Source: Candidatus Krumholzibacteriia bacterium
GTDB taxonomy: Bacteria; Krumholzibacteriota; Krumholzibacteriia; LZORAL124-64-63
DNA: 64,000 nt
NCBI GenBank assembly: GCA_050174015.1
Contig: JBFXKG010000005.1
Span: 32,001-96,000, forward strand
Direction: 5' to 3'
Under the pieces are notes generated by a model. The model searched no databases, had not been told where the DNA came from, and worked only from the letters and a program-made list of their open reading frames with translations. The translations under genes and the position numbers were made by a program. This document shows positions 9,987-18,935 of the stretch, piece by piece (the stretch's first letter is position 1; every line of letters starts with the position of its first letter).

Positions 9987-10882
9987 GAGGTCGGCAGGAA
10001 AGAACCACCGTCCAGCATCCTGACCAGCCGGCGCAGCGATTTCGCAGTCCGCGTCCCGTACCAGCTCAGCAGCTTCCCGTCCAGGGTCAACGCGGCCCGG
10101 CGATCGGGGATCACTCCGGCCGCGGCCAGGGCCCAGGCGTCGTGCCGGGTGAAGCGGTAGGGCTCGTCGGGTAAAAGGACCAGGTCCGGCTGCAGCCCGG
10201 CGAGTTCCTCGATGGTCGTGACGGGATAGTCGGGCCGATCCGCGAAGACGTTGCGGAACCCCATCTCCTGCAGGACGGCGTCGATGTGGGTGCGGCCGCC
10301 GGCCGCCATCCAGGGTTCCTTCCAGATCATGACCGCGGCGGTGGGGCGGTCCCCGCCCCCCTGCGTCCTGCGCCGGAAGTCGCCGCAGGCCAAGCGCGCG
10401 GCGGTCAGGTCGGCCATGGCGCGGCCGCCCGCGGCCTCGGCCTGGAGGATGATCCCGAATTCCTGAAGCATGACCGCCACGTCGTCCAGGCGGCGCGGCA
10501 TGACCGCGAAGACGGGCACGCCGGAGTCCTCGATGGCCGCCAGGTGCTCGGGCTTGTTCTCCTCGAGGCAGGCCAGGACCAGGTCGGGCCGCACCCGCTG
10601 CAGCTTGCGCAGGTCGGGGTTCTTGGTCCCGCCGCAGGCCGGGATCGACCGGACCTGGCGGCGGGGCTCCACGCAATAGATGGTGCGGCCGACCAGGCGG
10701 GATCCGGCGCCCAGCCCGAACACGGTGTCGGTGAGGCTGGGGACGAGCGAGACCACGCGCTCGTAGCGCCGCAGGGGCAGGCGGCGGCCGCGGGCGTCGG
10801 GCAGGGTCCGGGGCGTCGGGTTCATGGCGGTCGCTTCCGCTGGGGTCGGTCCGGGTCGGTCACCGTCATTCTCCGGGGTCAT
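9983..10882 (-). CDS. Helical-backbone metal receptor (BtuF/FeCT-type substrate-binding protein)
   Basis: 'RVVSLVPSLTDTVFGLG...LVGRTIYC...GGTKNPDL...PDLVL...PDEPYRF...DGKLLSWYG'. Confidence 0.82.
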   Translation of the reverse strand: MTPENDGDRPGPTPAEATAMNPTPRTLPDARGRRLPLRRYERVVSLVPSLTDTVFGLGAGSRLVGRTIYCVEPRRQVRSIPACGGTKNPDLRKLQRVRPDLVLACLEENKPEHLAAIEDSGVPVFAVMPRRLDDVAVMLQEFGIILQAEAAGGRAMADLTAARLACGDFRRRTQGGGDRPTAAVMIWKEPWMAAGGRTHIDAVLQEMGFRNVFADRPDYPVTTIEELAGLQPDLVLLPDEPYRFTRHDAWALAAAGVIPDRRAALTLDGKLLSWYGTRTAKSLRRLVRMLDGGSFLPTS

Positions 10883-11475
10883 GACCCGGGTTCATTATCC
10901 GGGATGAAGGCGTCTTCGGCGAGCCTTTCCGCAAAAGCCCTGACTCCTTCGGGCCAGACCGCCGTGTGGGTCTCGAAACCCTCGCGCCGGCCGGCGAAAA
11001 GGGCGCGGACGGCCTCCTCGTAGCCGGGCGCATCTCCGGCCATGGCGGACATGAACCGGAAGGCGGCGTCCTGCGCGGCCCTGACACGGTCCTTGCCGGC
11101 TCCCTGACGGCGCGCTTGTTCCACGAGCTTGCGCAGGGCCACCGAGGCGCCGCCGGGCTGGGCGTTGAGCCATTCCCAGTGCCGGGGCAGCAGGGTCACC
11201 TCCCGGCCGACCACGCCCAGGCGGGGTCGCCCGCGGGGGCGGGGTGGGGTGGGGATCTCGGGCTCCGCCGAGGCTTCGTACCGACGGCGGACATCCTCGA
11301 TCGTCCCACGCAGGTCCAGCTCGACGGGCCGGGCCGTGCAATCGTCGAAGGCGAGGATGGCTCTTTCCTCGCCGTCGTCCAGGAGCTTGCGGGCGGCGAG
11401 GGCGACGTCCAGGGTGGCTCCCCGGGCCAGGAGCTCGTTTCCGATGAAGGCAGTGCAGGAATGGTCGTGGGTCAT
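10879..11475 (-). CDS. DUF2239 family protein
   Basis: 'RGRPRLGVVGREVTLLPRHWEWLNAQPGGASVALRKLVE...FMSAMAGDAPGYEEA'. AGGAGG RBS. Confidence 0.9.
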   Translation of the reverse strand: MTHDHSCTAFIGNELLARGATLDVALAARKLLDDGEERAILAFDDCTARPVELDLRGTIEDVRRRYEASAEPEIPTPPRPRGRPRLGVVGREVTLLPRHWEWLNAQPGGASVALRKLVEQARRQGAGKDRVRAAQDAAFRFMSAMAGDAPGYEEAVRALFAGRREGFETHTAVWPEGVRAFAERLAEDAFIPDNEPGS

Positions 11476-11498
11476 GGTGGTCTTCCTCCTTGCCGATA

Positions 11499-11526
11499 AT
11501 TATACCAGGATAAAAATAAAAGTAAA
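11499..11526 (-). promoter_or_regulatory. Putative sigma70 promoter of DUF2239 gene
   Basis: Minus strand TTTACT-N16-TATAAT in an AT-rich patch about 25 nt upstream of the start. Confidence 0.55.
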
Positions 11527-11787
11527 GAGGGATTTTTCGTGGGATTCTTTCGGCCCAAGTTTAGCAGGCAAACGGGCCGGTTAACGTCAAGGCATTCATT
11601 TCAAACAGGTTAAAGGCTCGCTCGCTGTAAGACCCCACCTCTTCCCCATTCGCGACCAGGGCGCGAAAGAGATGGGGCCCCCAATCTGGATCGGGCCATG
11701 ACCTACCGGTCCCGAGTCCGGTCGCCGGCCAGGTGATTCGGTTCTAACCATGGCACCTCGGGACCTTCGCACTCGATCCCGCCTCGC

Positions 11788-13032
11788 TCACGCTTCCCGC
11801 GCGGCCACCGCAGGGGAACGGGATTCCTGGGGTATCGTCTCAGGTGACGCCAATCCCTGCGGTCTCGGCTCCTGTGTCAACGCCGCCTGCACCCCCTGCG
11901 CCTTCTCGTGGACGTGCCGGTGGCAAGCGCTGCAGAGGGTGATCAGGTTGTCGGGCCTGTTCGTGCCGCCCCGCGCCCGCGGCAGGACGTGATGGACCTC
12001 CAAAAACCGGGTGTTCCTGCAACCGGGCCCCTGGCAGCGGTGTCCGTCCCGGGCCAGGACCCGCCGCCGCACCCGGGGCGGGATGGTCGCGGTGTTGCGC
12101 CCGGTCCGGGGATCGTCCCTGCGGGAATCGCAGGTCACGCGTCCGGCGTCCCCCGGGCCGAAGGTCACCTCCCCCCGGCTGGTCGCAGCCGAAAAACGGC
12201 CGCAATCGGGGCATTGGCGTACGTGAACCTGGAAAGAGGTCCCCCGGGGGACCCTCCGGGGCGCCGGTCTGGGGGCGCCCGCGGTGAGGTCGGCGGCTCC
12301 GCCGGGCGAGGGGGTGGCCCGGGCCCCGGCCTCGGTGTCGACCTGCCCATCGGCCTGGGCGCCGGCGGCCCCGGGTTCACCGCAGCCCAGGGCGTCCTCC
12401 AGCAAGGAATCCAGCCCCGCGAGGATCCGCTCGACCCGGTCCCCGCCGACCCCCGACTTGACCAGTCTCTCCTGAAGGGCCTCGAACCTGGCGAACTGCT
12501 CGGGGGTCATCTCCAGGGACAACTTGACCGGGACGGCCGCGGCCAGCCGCCGCTCACGGGGGGCCGCCGGAATCAGTTTCCCCTGGCCGGGCGCCGTCTT
12601 CATGCCGGCGGCCTGGGCCCGGACCCTGGCGACGTCCTTTTCCAACTGGCTCCGGGAGGCCGCATGCGCCGCCTCCACCCACGCCTTCTCGGTGGCCGGG
12701 GTGGCGACCTTGATGATCTCCCGGGCCTTGGTGTAGCCGAGCTTGCCGGTCTCCAGGGATTTCCTGATCTGCGGCAGGTCGTCCAGCTTGCGGGCCATGC
12801 GGACGAAATCCCCGGTCCTGGTCCGGGAGAAGCCGAGTTCCTGCTGGGCGTAGATCTGGATGGAAGGGAATCCGAGATCCCGGTACAGACCGCGCGCCAT
12901 GACGTCGGCGAACCAGAGGACGGCGCAGTGGCGGGCCTGGTCCATGATCCGGACGGCCTGCTGGAGGGCGGCGTGGGCGGCGGCGGCGGTCTGGCCGGGC
13001 TGGAAGACGGGAAGGGCGGCGCTCGTGGACAT
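11788..13032 (-). CDS. HNH endonuclease with DUF222-like N-terminal region
   Basis: C-terminal 'RRVLARDGHRCQGPGC...LEVHHVLPRARGGTNRPDNLITLCSACHRHVH', an extra CPDC pair, and helical N-terminus 'GKLGYTKAREI'. ATG 13032 with AGGAGG RBS. Confidence 0.88.
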   Translation of the reverse strand: MSTSAALPVFQPGQTAAAAHAALQQAVRIMDQARHCAVLWFADVMARGLYRDLGFPSIQIYAQQELGFSRTRTGDFVRMARKLDDLPQIRKSLETGKLGYTKAREIIKVATPATEKAWVEAAHAASRSQLEKDVARVRAQAAGMKTAPGQGKLIPAAPRERRLAAAVPVKLSLEMTPEQFARFEALQERLVKSGVGGDRVERILAGLDSLLEDALGCGEPGAAGAQADGQVDTEAGARATPSPGGAADLTAGAPRPAPRRVPRGTSFQVHVRQCPDCGRFSAATSRGEVTFGPGDAGRVTCDSRRDDPRTGRNTATIPPRVRRRVLARDGHRCQGPGCRNTRFLEVHHVLPRARGGTNRPDNLITLCSACHRHVHEKAQGVQAALTQEPRPQGLASPETIPQESRSPAVAAREA

Positions 13033-13073
13033 ACTTCTCCTCCTGGGAATCCGGGAGGAGTGGATCACGGGGA

Positions 13074-13102
13074 ATGATAGCGAAAAAAAAGCGAAAACGC
13101 AA
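13074..13102 (-). promoter_or_regulatory. Putative sigma70 promoter of HNH gene, spacer filled by a TTCGC-N6-TTCGC motif
   Basis: Minus strand TTGCGT-[TTTCGCTTTTTTTTCGC, 17 nt]-TATCAT. Confidence 0.6.
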
Positions 13103-13348
13103 GAGGGAAATTGAAAAATGTGGGCGGAATGTCCGCAGGAAGCCGGCCATTCCCAGGAGGTCCCGCCTGACACGGCCGATGCTTGCGGCTGGACTTCCAC
13201 GAATGTGCCCTGGTGGGTGCGGACACCCGGGAGCCCGCCGTGGGACTCGGCCGATGCTTGCGGCCGGACTTCCAGGGATTTTTGGAATTGCTCCCGGAAT
13301 TCGGAAAAAAATTTCCGGCAAAGGGAAAAGATTTCGCTTTTTTTTCGC
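13080..13348. repeat. Perfect 17-bp inverted repeat pair flanking the HNH/DinB intergenic core
   Basis: GCGAAAAAAAAGCGAAA at 13080-13096 and TTTCGCTTTTTTTTCGC at 13332-13348. Confidence 0.85.
13127..13275. repeat. Imperfect ~75-bp tandem duplication with a 27-bp conserved core
   Basis: CGGCCGATGCTTGCGGC(T/C)GGACTTCCA at 13173-13199 and 13248-13274. The flanking parts are also partly similar (GAATGT...GGAG..CCCGCC). Confidence 0.8.
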
Positions 13349-13408
13349 CCTCGATAGTGCTAGGATTCCGGGAAGTCACCCCCAACCCCCCAGAAGGAGA
13401 GAACCACG

Positions 13409-13930
13409 ATGAACTGGACCGATCTGATCCACGCCGAGATGAAGGACGCATACAAGGCCGCCGACGGGCTCATGGCCCTGGTGAGCGACGCCGAACTGGA
13501 CTGGAAGCCCGCCACGGGCAGCAACTGGATGACCGTGGGCCAGGTCATGCTTCACATGGCCTCGGCTTGCGGCACCTGCCAGGTCGGTTTCATCGACGGG
13601 CAGTGGGCTCCGCCGGCCGACCTGGGCTACCCCGAGGACATGGAGGGGATGCTGCCGGCCGAGAAGCTGCCCTCCGCCAGGAGCGTCGCCTGGGCGCGGG
13701 ATTACCTGCAGAAAGACCGTCGGGCCGGACTGGATGCCCTGGCCAGGGCGGGAGAGAAGGGCCTGGCCGAGACCAGGGTGGCTGCTCCCTGGAACCCCGG
13801 TCAGGAAGAGCTGCTGGGGCGCCACTGCCTGCAGATGGTCACGCACCTGAACATCCACAAGGCCCAGCTGTTCTACTACCTGAAGCTGATGGGCAAGGAC
13901 GTCAACACGCTGAACCTCTGGGGCGTCTGA
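13409..13930 (+). CDS. DinB/YfiT superfamily protein
   Basis: 'WMTVGQVMLHM' and 'THLNIHKAQLFYYLKLMG' give the His triad of the DinB fold. AAGGAG RBS. Confidence 0.85.
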   Translation: MNWTDLIHAEMKDAYKAADGLMALVSDAELDWKPATGSNWMTVGQVMLHMASACGTCQVGFIDGQWAPPADLGYPEDMEGMLPAEKLPSARSVAWARDYLQKDRRAGLDALARAGEKGLAETRVAAPWNPGQEELLGRHCLQMVTHLNIHKAQLFYYLKLMGKDVNTLNLWGV

Positions 13931-14137
13931 CCCGGGGAGAGGGGCCGGGATGGCGAGACCGCTCGCCCGGGTCTTGCCGTCCCGTCCCGGATGACCGATC
14001 ATTGACGGGATCGCTCCTCTTGCAGCGCCGATGCTAACCGACGTGGATCGTCTGCCGGAACCGTTCCGGCAAGCCGCCGGGACCGACCACCCCGTCCTGC
14101 ACTCGCACCGATCCGCGTGATCAACCGGGAGACGACG

Positions 14138-16243
14138 ATGACCCTCACGGTGGCACGCACCCCCCGACTCGACGCCGGTGATCCCGAGCGGAAGCGCGCC
14201 GAGATCCTCGCCTACTTCCGCAACACCTGGGACGTCTACGAGGGCCTGTTCGACGTGATGGCCCGCGATGAAGCCTATTTCCGCCGCGCCGACCCCCTGC
14301 GCCACCCGCTCATCTTCTACCTGGGTCACACGGCAGTCTTCTTCATCAACAAGCTGGTCCTGGCCAAGATGATCGGCGAGCGCGTGAATCCCCGGTTCGA
14401 ATCCATCTTCGCCATCGGCGTGGACGAGATGAGCTGGGACGACCTGAACGAGGCGAACTACGACTGGCCCACGGTGGCCGAGGTCTGGGAGTACCGCAAG
14501 CAGGTGCGTGCGGTCGTCGAGCGGGTGATCGCCGAGCTGCCCCTGGATCTGCCGGTGACCTGGGACGATCCCATGTGGGTCGTCCTCATGGGTTGCGAGC
14601 ACGAGCGCATCCACCTGGAGACCAGCTCGGTGCTGATCCGCCAGCTGCCGCTGGACCTGGTGCGGCCGCGGCCCGACTGGCCGATCTGCACGCGCAGCGG
14701 GGAGGCGCCGGCCAACGAACTGCTGGACGTGCCGGGCGGTCGCGTGGTCCTGGGCAAGGACCGCCGGCATCCCCTGTACGGCTGGGACAACGAGTTCGGC
14801 CGGCTGGAGGCGGACATTCCCGCGTTCAGGGCCTCGAAGTACCTGGTCAGCAACGCCGAATTCCAGGAGTTCATGGATGCGGGCGGCTACACGACCCGCA
14901 GGTACTGGACCGACGAGGGATGGAGCTGGCGCGAGTACAAGCAGGCGGAGCATCCGCTGTTCTGGGTCCGGACGGGGGGAGGCTGGCGGCTGCGCTGCCT
15001 CGCCGAGGAGATCCCCCTGCCCCGGGACTGGCCCGTGGAGGTGAACCAGCTCGAGGCCAAGGCCTTCTGCAACTGGAAGGCGGCGGTGACCGGCAAGCCG
15101 ATCCGGCTGCCGACCGAGGAGGAGTGGTACCGGCTGCTGGACCACAGCGGCATTCCCGACCAGCCCGACTGGGCCGAGGAGCCCGGGAACATCAACCTCG
15201 CCCGGCACGCGTCCTCGTGCCCGGTGACCGACCACGTGACCGCCGGTTTCGGCGACGTGATGGGCAACGTCTGGCAGTGGACCGAGACCCCGATCACCGG
15301 GTTTCCCGGCTTCGAGGTCCATCCCCTGTACGACGACTTCTCCACGCCGACCTTCGACGGCAAGCACAACCTGATCAAGGGCGGTTCGTGGATCTCCACC
15401 GGCAACGAGGCCACCCGCGACTCCCGCTACGCGTTCCGGCGGCACTTCTTCCAGCATGCGGGCCTGCGCTACGTGGAATCGGACGCGCAGGTGAAGATCC
15501 GCGAGGACGTCTACGAGACGGACGATCTGGTCGCGCAGTACTGCGAGTTCCACTACGGGGCCGAGCACTTCGACGTGCCCAACTTCCCGAAACGTGCGGC
15601 CGACCTGTGCGCCGGGCTTTGCCGGGGACGCAGGATCGAACGCGCCCTGGACCTCGGCTGCGCCACCGGGCGCTCGACCTTCGAGCTGGCGCGCTTCTGC
15701 GATCACGTCACCGGCATCGATTTCTCAGCGCGGTTCATCCGGGTGGGGATCGAGATGCAGGAGAAGGGCTACATCCGCTACGCCATCCCCGACGAGGGCG
15801 AGCTGGTGTCCTACCACGAGAAGACCCTGGAGCAGTTCGGCCTCGCCGGCCTGCAGGACAAGGTGGAGTTCTGGCAGGGCGACGCCCACAACCTGAAGGA
15901 CCAGTTCACGGGCTACGATCTGGTCCTGGCCTGCAACCTCATCGACCGGCTGTACGATCCGGCCCGGTTCCTGGACCTGATCGGCGAACGCATGCGACCG
16001 GGCGGCCTGCTGGTGATCCTGTCGCCCTACACCTGGCTGGAGGAGTTCACCCCCCGGAACAAGTGGCTGGGCGGGATCAAGATCGACGGCGAGAACGTGA
16101 CCACCCTCGAGGGTCTGCGGGCAAGGCTGGCCGGCGCCTTCGAGCCGGTGGGCGAGCCGCAGGACGTCGAGTTCGTGATCCGCGAGACGCGCCGCAAGTT
16201 CCAGCACACCCTCAGCCAGCTGAGCGCCTGGAGGCGGACGTGA
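14138..16243 (+). CDS. ovoA: 5-histidylcysteine sulfoxide synthase / methyltransferase (ovothiol biosynthesis)
   Basis: DinB_2 + FGE-sulfatase + C-terminal class I SAM methyltransferase. Motifs 'RHPLIFYLGHT', 'EHERIHLETSSVLIRQL', 'RYAFRRHFFQHAG', 'ALDLGCATGR', 'IRETRRKFQH'. Confidence 0.93.
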   Translation: MTLTVARTPRLDAGDPERKRAEILAYFRNTWDVYEGLFDVMARDEAYFRRADPLRHPLIFYLGHTAVFFINKLVLAKMIGERVNPRFESIFAIGVDEMSWDDLNEANYDWPTVAEVWEYRKQVRAVVERVIAELPLDLPVTWDDPMWVVLMGCEHERIHLETSSVLIRQLPLDLVRPRPDWPICTRSGEAPANELLDVPGGRVVLGKDRRHPLYGWDNEFGRLEADIPAFRASKYLVSNAEFQEFMDAGGYTTRRYWTDEGWSWREYKQAEHPLFWVRTGGGWRLRCLAEEIPLPRDWPVEVNQLEAKAFCNWKAAVTGKPIRLPTEEEWYRLLDHSGIPDQPDWAEEPGNINLARHASSCPVTDHVTAGFGDVMGNVWQWTETPITGFPGFEVHPLYDDFSTPTFDGKHNLIKGGSWISTGNEATRDSRYAFRRHFFQHAGLRYVESDAQVKIREDVYETDDLVAQYCEFHYGAEHFDVPNFPKRAADLCAGLCRGRRIERALDLGCATGRSTFELARFCDHVTGIDFSARFIRVGIEMQEKGYIRYAIPDEGELVSYHEKTLEQFGLAGLQDKVEFWQGDAHNLKDQFTGYDLVLACNLIDRLYDPARFLDLIGERMRPGGLLVILSPYTWLEEFTPRNKWLGGIKIDGENVTTLEGLRARLAGAFEPVGEPQDVEFVIRETRRKFQHTLSQLSAWRRT

Positions 16244-16321
16244 GATTCACCGCAAGGTCGCGCCGGGGTCCGTCTTGAGGGAAGGGAAGGATCGGATCGC
16301 CGGCGATGACCGGCCAAACGG

Positions 16322-17536
16322 CTAGTCCGGGCGATAGACCACCACCTCCAGGATCTCAGCGTCCAGGTCCGCGCCGTCAAGCCGCTTTTCGCCTTCCTGG
16401 ATCTGGAGGTCGGCGCTCGAGGCGAGATGGGCGGACCGGAAGGCCTGGACCACCACTGCCCAGCCGTTGTCCAGGAAGATCAGCTTGTCGGTCTGGGGAT
16501 CGAAGGGGATCCTGAGCGACCGTTCCACCTGGAGACGACCCGCGGGATCGAAGACGTCGTACCGTGCGGCCACACCTTCGGGAAGATCGCGGCCCTGGTC
16601 CGGGCTCTGGATCCAGAGTTCCCCATTTCTGAACCCAAGGCTGGAGATGGCGGGATCGGTGTCCGCGATCCGGTAGCTGATGGGTGGAAGCTGTCCGTTG
16701 CTCGAGAAGGAATAGCCGTCCTTGACCTTCTCCTTTTCCTGGTCGGTGCGCAGGTGGGGCGCCCAGTCCCGGGTGATGAGGCGAAGCACGCCGCCCCAGG
16801 CGTCGCGGACCTCGACCAGCCACCGGTCCCGGTCGGGCGCCAGGTAGATCTCGCCGTCGCGTCCCACCGTCCAGACCTGGATGGGGGAATGGTCGCCGAT
16901 CTCGTCCACGGTGATGGGACGCGTGAAGTCGTATCCCCCGCGCTTGCTGCCATAGCAGTGCAGGACGTCACCCTCGGGGCCCAGCGAGGCGAGGTACTGT
17001 GTCTGATCCTGGACCTCGCCCATGGCGTGGCTGACCAGGCCGCTGCAGACCATCAGGCCGTCCCTGTTCTCGAATCGGGTCACGAACGAGAAGACCGATT
17101 CGGCCCAGAACCGGGGCGGTTCGGGATGGATGCCCGGCCGGGGGACGCCCGCGGTGTCCACGACGATGACCTCGGCGGGAAAGCTCTTCAGCATGGCGAT
17201 CCCGTCCCGGCCCAGCATGCCCAGCGAGTAGACGCGGTCGATCTCGCCGGGGCCCTCGCCCTTGCGGCTGACGATGCCCAGGTATTCCCCGCCCGATGTG
17301 AACTTGAAGACGCACTGCTGCTGGGCGTCCAGCAGGTAGATGTTGCCGGCGGGATCACAGACCGCATCGCCGATCACCCCGAACAGGAATTCCTCCCCCT
17401 CGTCCGTCCCGGCCCGCCAGACCTCGGTGAAGGTCACCTCGCGGCGGACGGGGGGATCGGCCGGATTCTCGATGATCGGGGCGGAGGCCGAGGCGCTTCC
17501 GGCCAGGCAGCAGCAGAGTATGAGATGACGGATCAC
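16322..17536 (-). CDS. Secreted 6-bladed beta-propeller (NHL/TolB-like) protein
   Basis: Signal peptide, 'GNIYLLD', 'RKGEGPGEI'. Probable GTG start 17536. Paralog of 34078-35328. Confidence 0.72.
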   Translation of the reverse strand: MIRHLILCCCLAGSASASAPIIENPADPPVRREVTFTEVWRAGTDEGEEFLFGVIGDAVCDPAGNIYLLDAQQQCVFKFTSGGEYLGIVSRKGEGPGEIDRVYSLGMLGRDGIAMLKSFPAEVIVVDTAGVPRPGIHPEPPRFWAESVFSFVTRFENRDGLMVCSGLVSHAMGEVQDQTQYLASLGPEGDVLHCYGSKRGGYDFTRPITVDEIGDHSPIQVWTVGRDGEIYLAPDRDRWLVEVRDAWGGVLRLITRDWAPHLRTDQEKEKVKDGYSFSSNGQLPPISYRIADTDPAISSLGFRNGELWIQSPDQGRDLPEGVAARYDVFDPAGRLQVERSLRIPFDPQTDKLIFLDNGWAVVVQAFRSAHLASSADLQIQEGEKRLDGADLDAEILEVVVYRPD

Positions 17537-17614
17537 GAAAATGCCCCCCTGCGGTTCCGTGAATATTGAAACGATGAAATCGGATTCAACCAGGGACTTG
17601 CGGCGGGAACAAGC

Positions 17615-17650
17615 AAAAAGGAGCGCGACCTTGGGCCGCGCTCCCTTTTT
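17615..17650 (-). terminator. Intrinsic terminator (possibly bidirectional) after the dehydrogenase gene
   Basis: GGAGCGCGGCC-caa-GGTCGCGCTCC stem on the minus strand followed by TTTTT; T/A tracts on both sides. Confidence 0.75.
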
Positions 17651-17680
17651 CATGGTACCTGAGGACGGTCCTTCCGGACC

Positions 17681-18802
17681 TCAACACTTCGCCGCGATGG
17701 CCTCGGCCATGGCGGTGGTGGTGCTGGTTCCGCCCATGTCGTAGGTGCGGACCTTGCCCTCGGCGATGACCGCGGCGACGGCGCCCTCGAGCTTCTTCGC
17801 CATGTCGATCTCGCCCAGGTAGTCGAGCATCATCTTGGCCGACAGGATCATGGCGATGGGGTTGACCTTGTTCATGCCGACGTACTTGGGCGCGCTGCCG
17901 TGCGAGGGCTCGAACACTGCGACCTTGTCGCCGATGTTGCCGCTGCAGGCGAAGCCCAGGCCGCCCACCAGCTGGGCGCACAGGTCGCTGAGGATGTCGC
18001 CGAACATGTTGCTCGAGACCATGACCCCGTACTGCTCGGGGTTCTTGATCAGCCACATGCACATCGCGTCGATGTTGGTTTCCCACAGGTCGATGCCGGG
18101 GTAGTCCTTGGCGATCTTGCGGGCCTCGCGGACCATCAGGCCGCTGGTCTCGCGCACGACGTTGGGCTTCTCGACCACCGTGACGGTCTTGTAGCCGAAC
18201 TTCCTGGCGTATTCGAAGGAGTCGCGGACGATCTGCTGGCAGCCCTTGCGGGTGAAGATGCGCGTCGAGACGGCGATGTCCTCGTTTGCGGTCTCCTCGA
18301 GCACCCGCATCTGGGCCGGATGGGTCCGCTTCATCACGTCGCGGACTTCCTGCGGCAGCGGATGCCATTCGACGCCCATGTACAGGCCCTCGGTGTTCTG
18401 GCGGAAGACCACCATGTCGAGCCCGTCCTTGAAGTTCAGGGGGTTGCCGCTGTAGGCCTTGCAGGGGCGGAGGTTGGTGCGCAGGTTGAACTCCTGGCGC
18501 AGCCGCACGATGGGGCTGCGGTAGACCTTGCCGGTGCCGCGCAACTCGGGGACGAGGGCCGCCTCGGCCTCTTCCTTCGGCAGGCTGGTGATCGCCCCGA
18601 ACAGGGCGGCGTCGACGTTGTTGAGCATCTCGATGGTGCGGTCGGGCAGGGGATTGGCCTCGGTCTTCCAGAATTCCCAGCCGATGTCGCCGGGGACGTA
18701 TTCGGCGTCGAATCCCAGCTTGTCCAGCACGATCCTGGCGGCGTCCATGACGTCCACGCCCACCCCGTCGCCGGGCATCCAACCGATCTTGTACTTGGCC
18801 AT
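17681..18802 (-). CDS. Isocitrate/isopropylmalate (beta-decarboxylating) dehydrogenase family protein
   Basis: 'PGDGVG', 'NLRP', 'RQNTEGLY', 'NMFGDILSD', 'FEPSHGSAP', 'RTYDMGG'. Substrate (leuB, homoisocitrate or other) cannot be assigned by eye. Confidence 0.9.
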   Translation of the reverse strand: MAKYKIGWMPGDGVGVDVMDAARIVLDKLGFDAEYVPGDIGWEFWKTEANPLPDRTIEMLNNVDAALFGAITSLPKEEAEAALVPELRGTGKVYRSPIVRLRQEFNLRTNLRPCKAYSGNPLNFKDGLDMVVFRQNTEGLYMGVEWHPLPQEVRDVMKRTHPAQMRVLEETANEDIAVSTRIFTRKGCQQIVRDSFEYARKFGYKTVTVVEKPNVVRETSGLMVREARKIAKDYPGIDLWETNIDAMCMWLIKNPEQYGVMVSSNMFGDILSDLCAQLVGGLGFACSGNIGDKVAVFEPSHGSAPKYVGMNKVNPIAMILSAKMMLDYLGEIDMAKKLEGAVAAVIAEGKVRTYDMGGTSTTTAMAEAIAAKC

Positions 18803-18935
18803 ATCCGGACTCCTTGGTCAGGTCCTTGCGCGATGGGCGCCGGGTTTCCTGGGGCCGGCGCGCTCCGTTTGGGTCGCAAAAAGATATCTCCTGGGCAGGG
18901 GAAAACCAAGCTGAACCGGCGGCGGAGGGGGGGAT

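Noticed and set aside
8901..10676. Apparent long fusions in the ORF track (8901-10676, 28371-29627, 53319-54878, 54272-55765, 58195-59625)
   Set aside because: The N-terminal extensions overlap upstream genes in another frame. Internal starts with an RBS or stop-start overlap fit better.
11788..13032. IscB/Cas9-like RNA-guided nuclease
   Set aside because: No PLMP or RuvC motifs. The HNH is C-terminal on a DUF222-like body.
13173..13262. Sigma54 promoters inside the repeats (CGGCCGATGCTTGC)
   Set aside because: GG-to-GC spacing is 9 nt, not the required 10.
13173..13274. Mini CRISPR array
   Set aside because: Only two repeat cores, the intervening segments resemble each other, and there are no cas genes in the window. 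Kept as a repeat.
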